From Penicillus capitatus (lineage: Eukaryota > Plantae > Chlorophyta), in the NCBI GenBank assembly GCA_965649825.1, contig OZ287694.1, positions 2,263,313-2,327,312 of the forward strand: a DNA stretch of 64,000 nucleotides. The letters run 5' to 3'. Within the stretch, counting starts at the first letter, position 1. Every line of letters begins with the position of its first letter. Both the position numbers and the translations under genes were made by a program. Below are positions 61,364-64,000 of the stretch, piece by piece. Under the pieces are notes generated by a model. It ran no database searches. It had not been told where the DNA came from and saw only the letters and a program-made list of their open reading frames with translations.

Positions 61364-61975
61364 TTAACCTTTGGCGTTTTTTGATAGAGCGTCCAACAAC
61401 GCACGACGGCGTCGTTTCACGTGGTCGCAAGAATGTACTCCTTGACGAAGTTTTCTCATTTCGACGCCTTTGCTCTTTTCCAAGTCAAAGCCGATGTGTT
61501 CCAGTTCCGGTACATTACTCGATGATGACCAGATCGGATAGAAGGCATCAAACACGAAGGCTCTCGGAAATTCTTGCGGGAAACTGGCCGCCGCCGCCGC
61601 CGCTTGCTCCGACAGTGGGTCGCGTGCTGGTCCGCACTTTTTTCCGCGCAGTAAAGTTCCTCTCTTTGGAGTTCGGATCGCGAAGGAAGCTGTGTGGCGC
61701 ACCACGTTCCAGATCGTAGGAAGGGATGAGGCAACGGGTCTCCGTGTCATCCATCGTCGACGCGCCGAAGAACTGCTTGAGCCTGGCTTCGAGGCCATCA
61801 ACTGGATATTCTGGATGGAAGAAGTGCCAAAGGCGGCGGAATATGTTTCCGCGGGAGAAACACTCGAGATCAATACGCGAGGAACACGACAGACCTCCAT
61901 GCTTCCAGGACGCAGATGGCCGTATGTCGCGACAACCTTGGGCTCGTTGCAGCAGGTTTCGGTCTTCTCCAGTCT
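61364..61975 (-). pseudogene. Patatin-like pseudogene fragment (middle part), frameshifted
   Basis: KVVATYGHLRPG and DGLEARLKQFFGASTMDDTETRCLIPSYD match VVASYGHIRPG and DGLCDVLHTMFGEATMDDLETDCLITAYD of 871-2190 but lie in different frames. Confidence 0.7.
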
Positions 61976-62741
61976 TCGACGAGGTATTAAATACTGGGAG
62001 AACGAATGACACACATGCTCGGCATATCTAAAAGCCTTTCCTTGGAGCGCGTTCGACTTCTTTATGACACCAATACTGACAATTCAAGCGCGAGTGCACA
62101 AAATGCGGCTTCTCCGCGATGTCAGCCGACTATATCAGGCGAACGTGTTGCCTTTTGCGAATGTTTTTTTGCATCTCTTGTTCAGTGGGACCTGACTGAG
62201 TCTGAGAATGTCGTAGCCTGCGTGGTGTCTTTCGTGTAAGTGACAGTCGAACGCATCGATCTTATTTGGCTTCTGCCAGAACTGAGTTTGTCGATTTCAC
62301 TGGAGGTCGTCGACCAGCAAACCACGCATATGAAGTCTCCTGATTCGAGGATGGCATTACTTGCCATCGAGGCAGAGATAAATGTGTTTATCTTTCAGCC
62401 TCATTATTGCCAGCTATGTAAGGGAATGATTAGGTTGAACACGGGCAATGAAGTCTATGAAGACTGCACTGCGTTATTCGACAAGTCGCGTCGAGTCAAT
62501 TCTGCACAAGCGCCACGATTGGCGACGAACGCTCATTAGTTGGAAAATTGATAACAATGGACGTCCGTCTGCGTCATACCGATGCCAAATTCGACCCTGA
62601 ATGATCGGCACGACGAACCAAGAAAGCAACAGGGGCGCGTCCAAGGCTGTAGACTCAAAAAATCGATTCAGGCAAACCAGAGAGACAAAAAGGGTATAAA
62701 CAAAGAGAGCTCGGAGGCAGGGAACAGTCAAGAAAGATTTC

Positions 62742-63115
62742 CTACGATTTGGGCGCGAAGACATAATCACTGACGAATCTCTTTATCTCAGATCGATTCT
62801 TTTGGGCCAATTCGCGTCCAATGTCTTCAAGAGCTTTGCCATTGTTAGGATTATTCCATTGGGACAGAATTTGACCAGTTTTCGTGTTTCCTGGTGCGAA
62901 TGTCTGGATGCGAACGTACTGCCCGAACGGCAGACCGATGTTTCCGTATAGCCAGTAATCCATAGCGGCCTGAATGTACTCGCTCCCTCCATTGCCGTAC
63001 GCATCGAGGAGTCGCCTAGACTGCATCCACCATATCATGCCCGGATTATAATTCAGCTCGTTCGTCAGATCCACGACTCCGCACCCGACAGAAAAGACAC
63101 CGACATTACGAATGT
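62742..63115 (-). pseudogene. Patatin-like fragment (C-terminal ~125 aa), lacking the N-terminal catalytic motifs
   Basis: VFSVGCG...LLDAYGNGGSEYIQAAMDYWLYGNIGLPFGQYVRIQ...NRSEIKRFVSDYVFAP* is nearly the same as the C-terminus of 871-2190. Confidence 0.8.
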
Positions 63116-64000
63116 CGCCAGGAGAGTTTTCCCCTGACGGGTGTACTCGAACGGTTCTGGCCCCGCGGACCGGACACGCTGTCCGCTTCATGATGTGACG
63201 GCGGTCCGCGGGCGCCAGGGGTATTTAGTCAACGTGTACGCCTCACCTGTAGCATTTGCTTGTGCTCAGGTCCTGTTCCTCTGTCTCGCCGACGCGCCTT
63301 CGCGTGCCGCGTCGACCCTTGTCCGACGCATCCCCGTCAGACTGGTGGACCTCCGGGGCAGGTGGCGCCCTCAATGCCACCCGAGGAAGGACGAGGCAAG
63401 ACCGTCAGTGGATGCCCGACCGAGATGCTCCGACCCCGTCGAAGCGACCTGTGGAAGACGCTGCTGAAGACCGCAGCAGGGAAGACGACGCCGTCCACGA
63501 AACCGGCCGACGAAGACCGACGAAGCACCGCGACCGTCTAGTGTAGACGGGCGGACAGCGCATGCGGAAGAGGTCATGAGGTCAGGGTGGATGGCGATGT
63601 GCGGCATGAGCACCTCTGTCAGCCGCGGCGGCGTCGCTGTTTAACGATGCAGCGGAGGACGACTGCCGTCGGTGGGTGTCTCATCGCAAGCCGCGCTCGT
63701 GAGGACATCCCCCTGTAGACCAAGTCTGTAGTCTGTGCGTTGCCGCTCGCGTGTGCAGTGTTTTCCTCGCGTCCGTGTGTGGTCATTTCATTTGTTGTCA
63801 CGCGTGTTTTCGCCCTCCGACCAGCGCTTGCAGCTGCGGGCTGTAGCCGAGCTGCTATGCCCTGAATAATGATGTGACAGGGGCAGCGATGCGCGGCGGA
63901 GCGGTCTTGTCACGTTCTTGATTTTTGTGCGTTTGTGCATTCTATGCGTCGTTCTTTCTAAGTGTCTGTGGTGACGCGACGTTTCTTTCCGCGTCTTGGG

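Noticed and set aside
1-64000. Non-standard code (TAA/TAG = Gln, as in some ulvophytes)
   Set aside because: Conserved genes end at TAA or TAG at the expected C-termini (patatin, eIF3h, PAC1, EBP2, HflX), and no internal TAA/TAG is needed.
1-64000. tRNA, rRNA, CRISPR array or endogenous giant-virus genes
   Set aside because: No cloverleaf or T-loop, no regularly spaced repeat-spacer array and no recognisable viral hallmark protein was seen by eye. A tRNAscan-SE or HMM search would be needed to be certain.

Overview
Gene-dense eukaryotic nuclear DNA, read in the standard genetic code, with short (~45-70 nt) mostly GT-AG introns. The gene set (Alfin-like PHD, plastid-type HflX, green-alga-like proteasome alpha3) and TGTAA poly(A)-like signals in LTRs suggest a compact chlorophyte genome; this is inference and the species is not identified. 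The housekeeping core (36-45 kb and 50.5-61 kb) carries eIF3h, ATG18, EBP2, PAC1/PSMA4, an NCKX exchanger, a cytosolic carboxypeptidase, HflX, an Alfin-like protein, a CRAL-TRIO protein and an ABC1 kinase. The accessory part contains the following. (i) An intact, young 1,992-bp Pol-less LTR retroelement (7235-9226; identical 99-bp LTRs, PBS, PPT, 5-bp TSD) whose only ORF is a coiled-coil + CCHC protein. (ii) A second, older ~250-bp solo-LTR family (TGTCGCC...GGCGACA) piled up, partly nested, upstream of both copies of (iii) a duplicated orphan two-gene cassette (2.75-5.25 kb and 45.7-48.35 kb). (iv) A 5'-truncated LINE with a 14-bp TSD, inserted in frame with a host exon. (v) Two tandem beta-propeller/TRP-like channel genes with a mosaic similarity pattern. 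(vi) A large beta-helix/Cys-rich/multi-TM surface protein. (vii) One intact patatin and two out-of-order patatin fragments. Other notable structure: an antisense gene nested in a 1.35-kb intron, 12-nt and 34-nt stop-to-ATG spacings (polycistronic candidates), an apparently dead stand-alone Dicer/RIG-I-type helicase domain, and a truncated CG-1-like protein. No tRNA, rRNA or CRISPR array was seen. All alignments were done by eye and exon boundaries are partly inferred.
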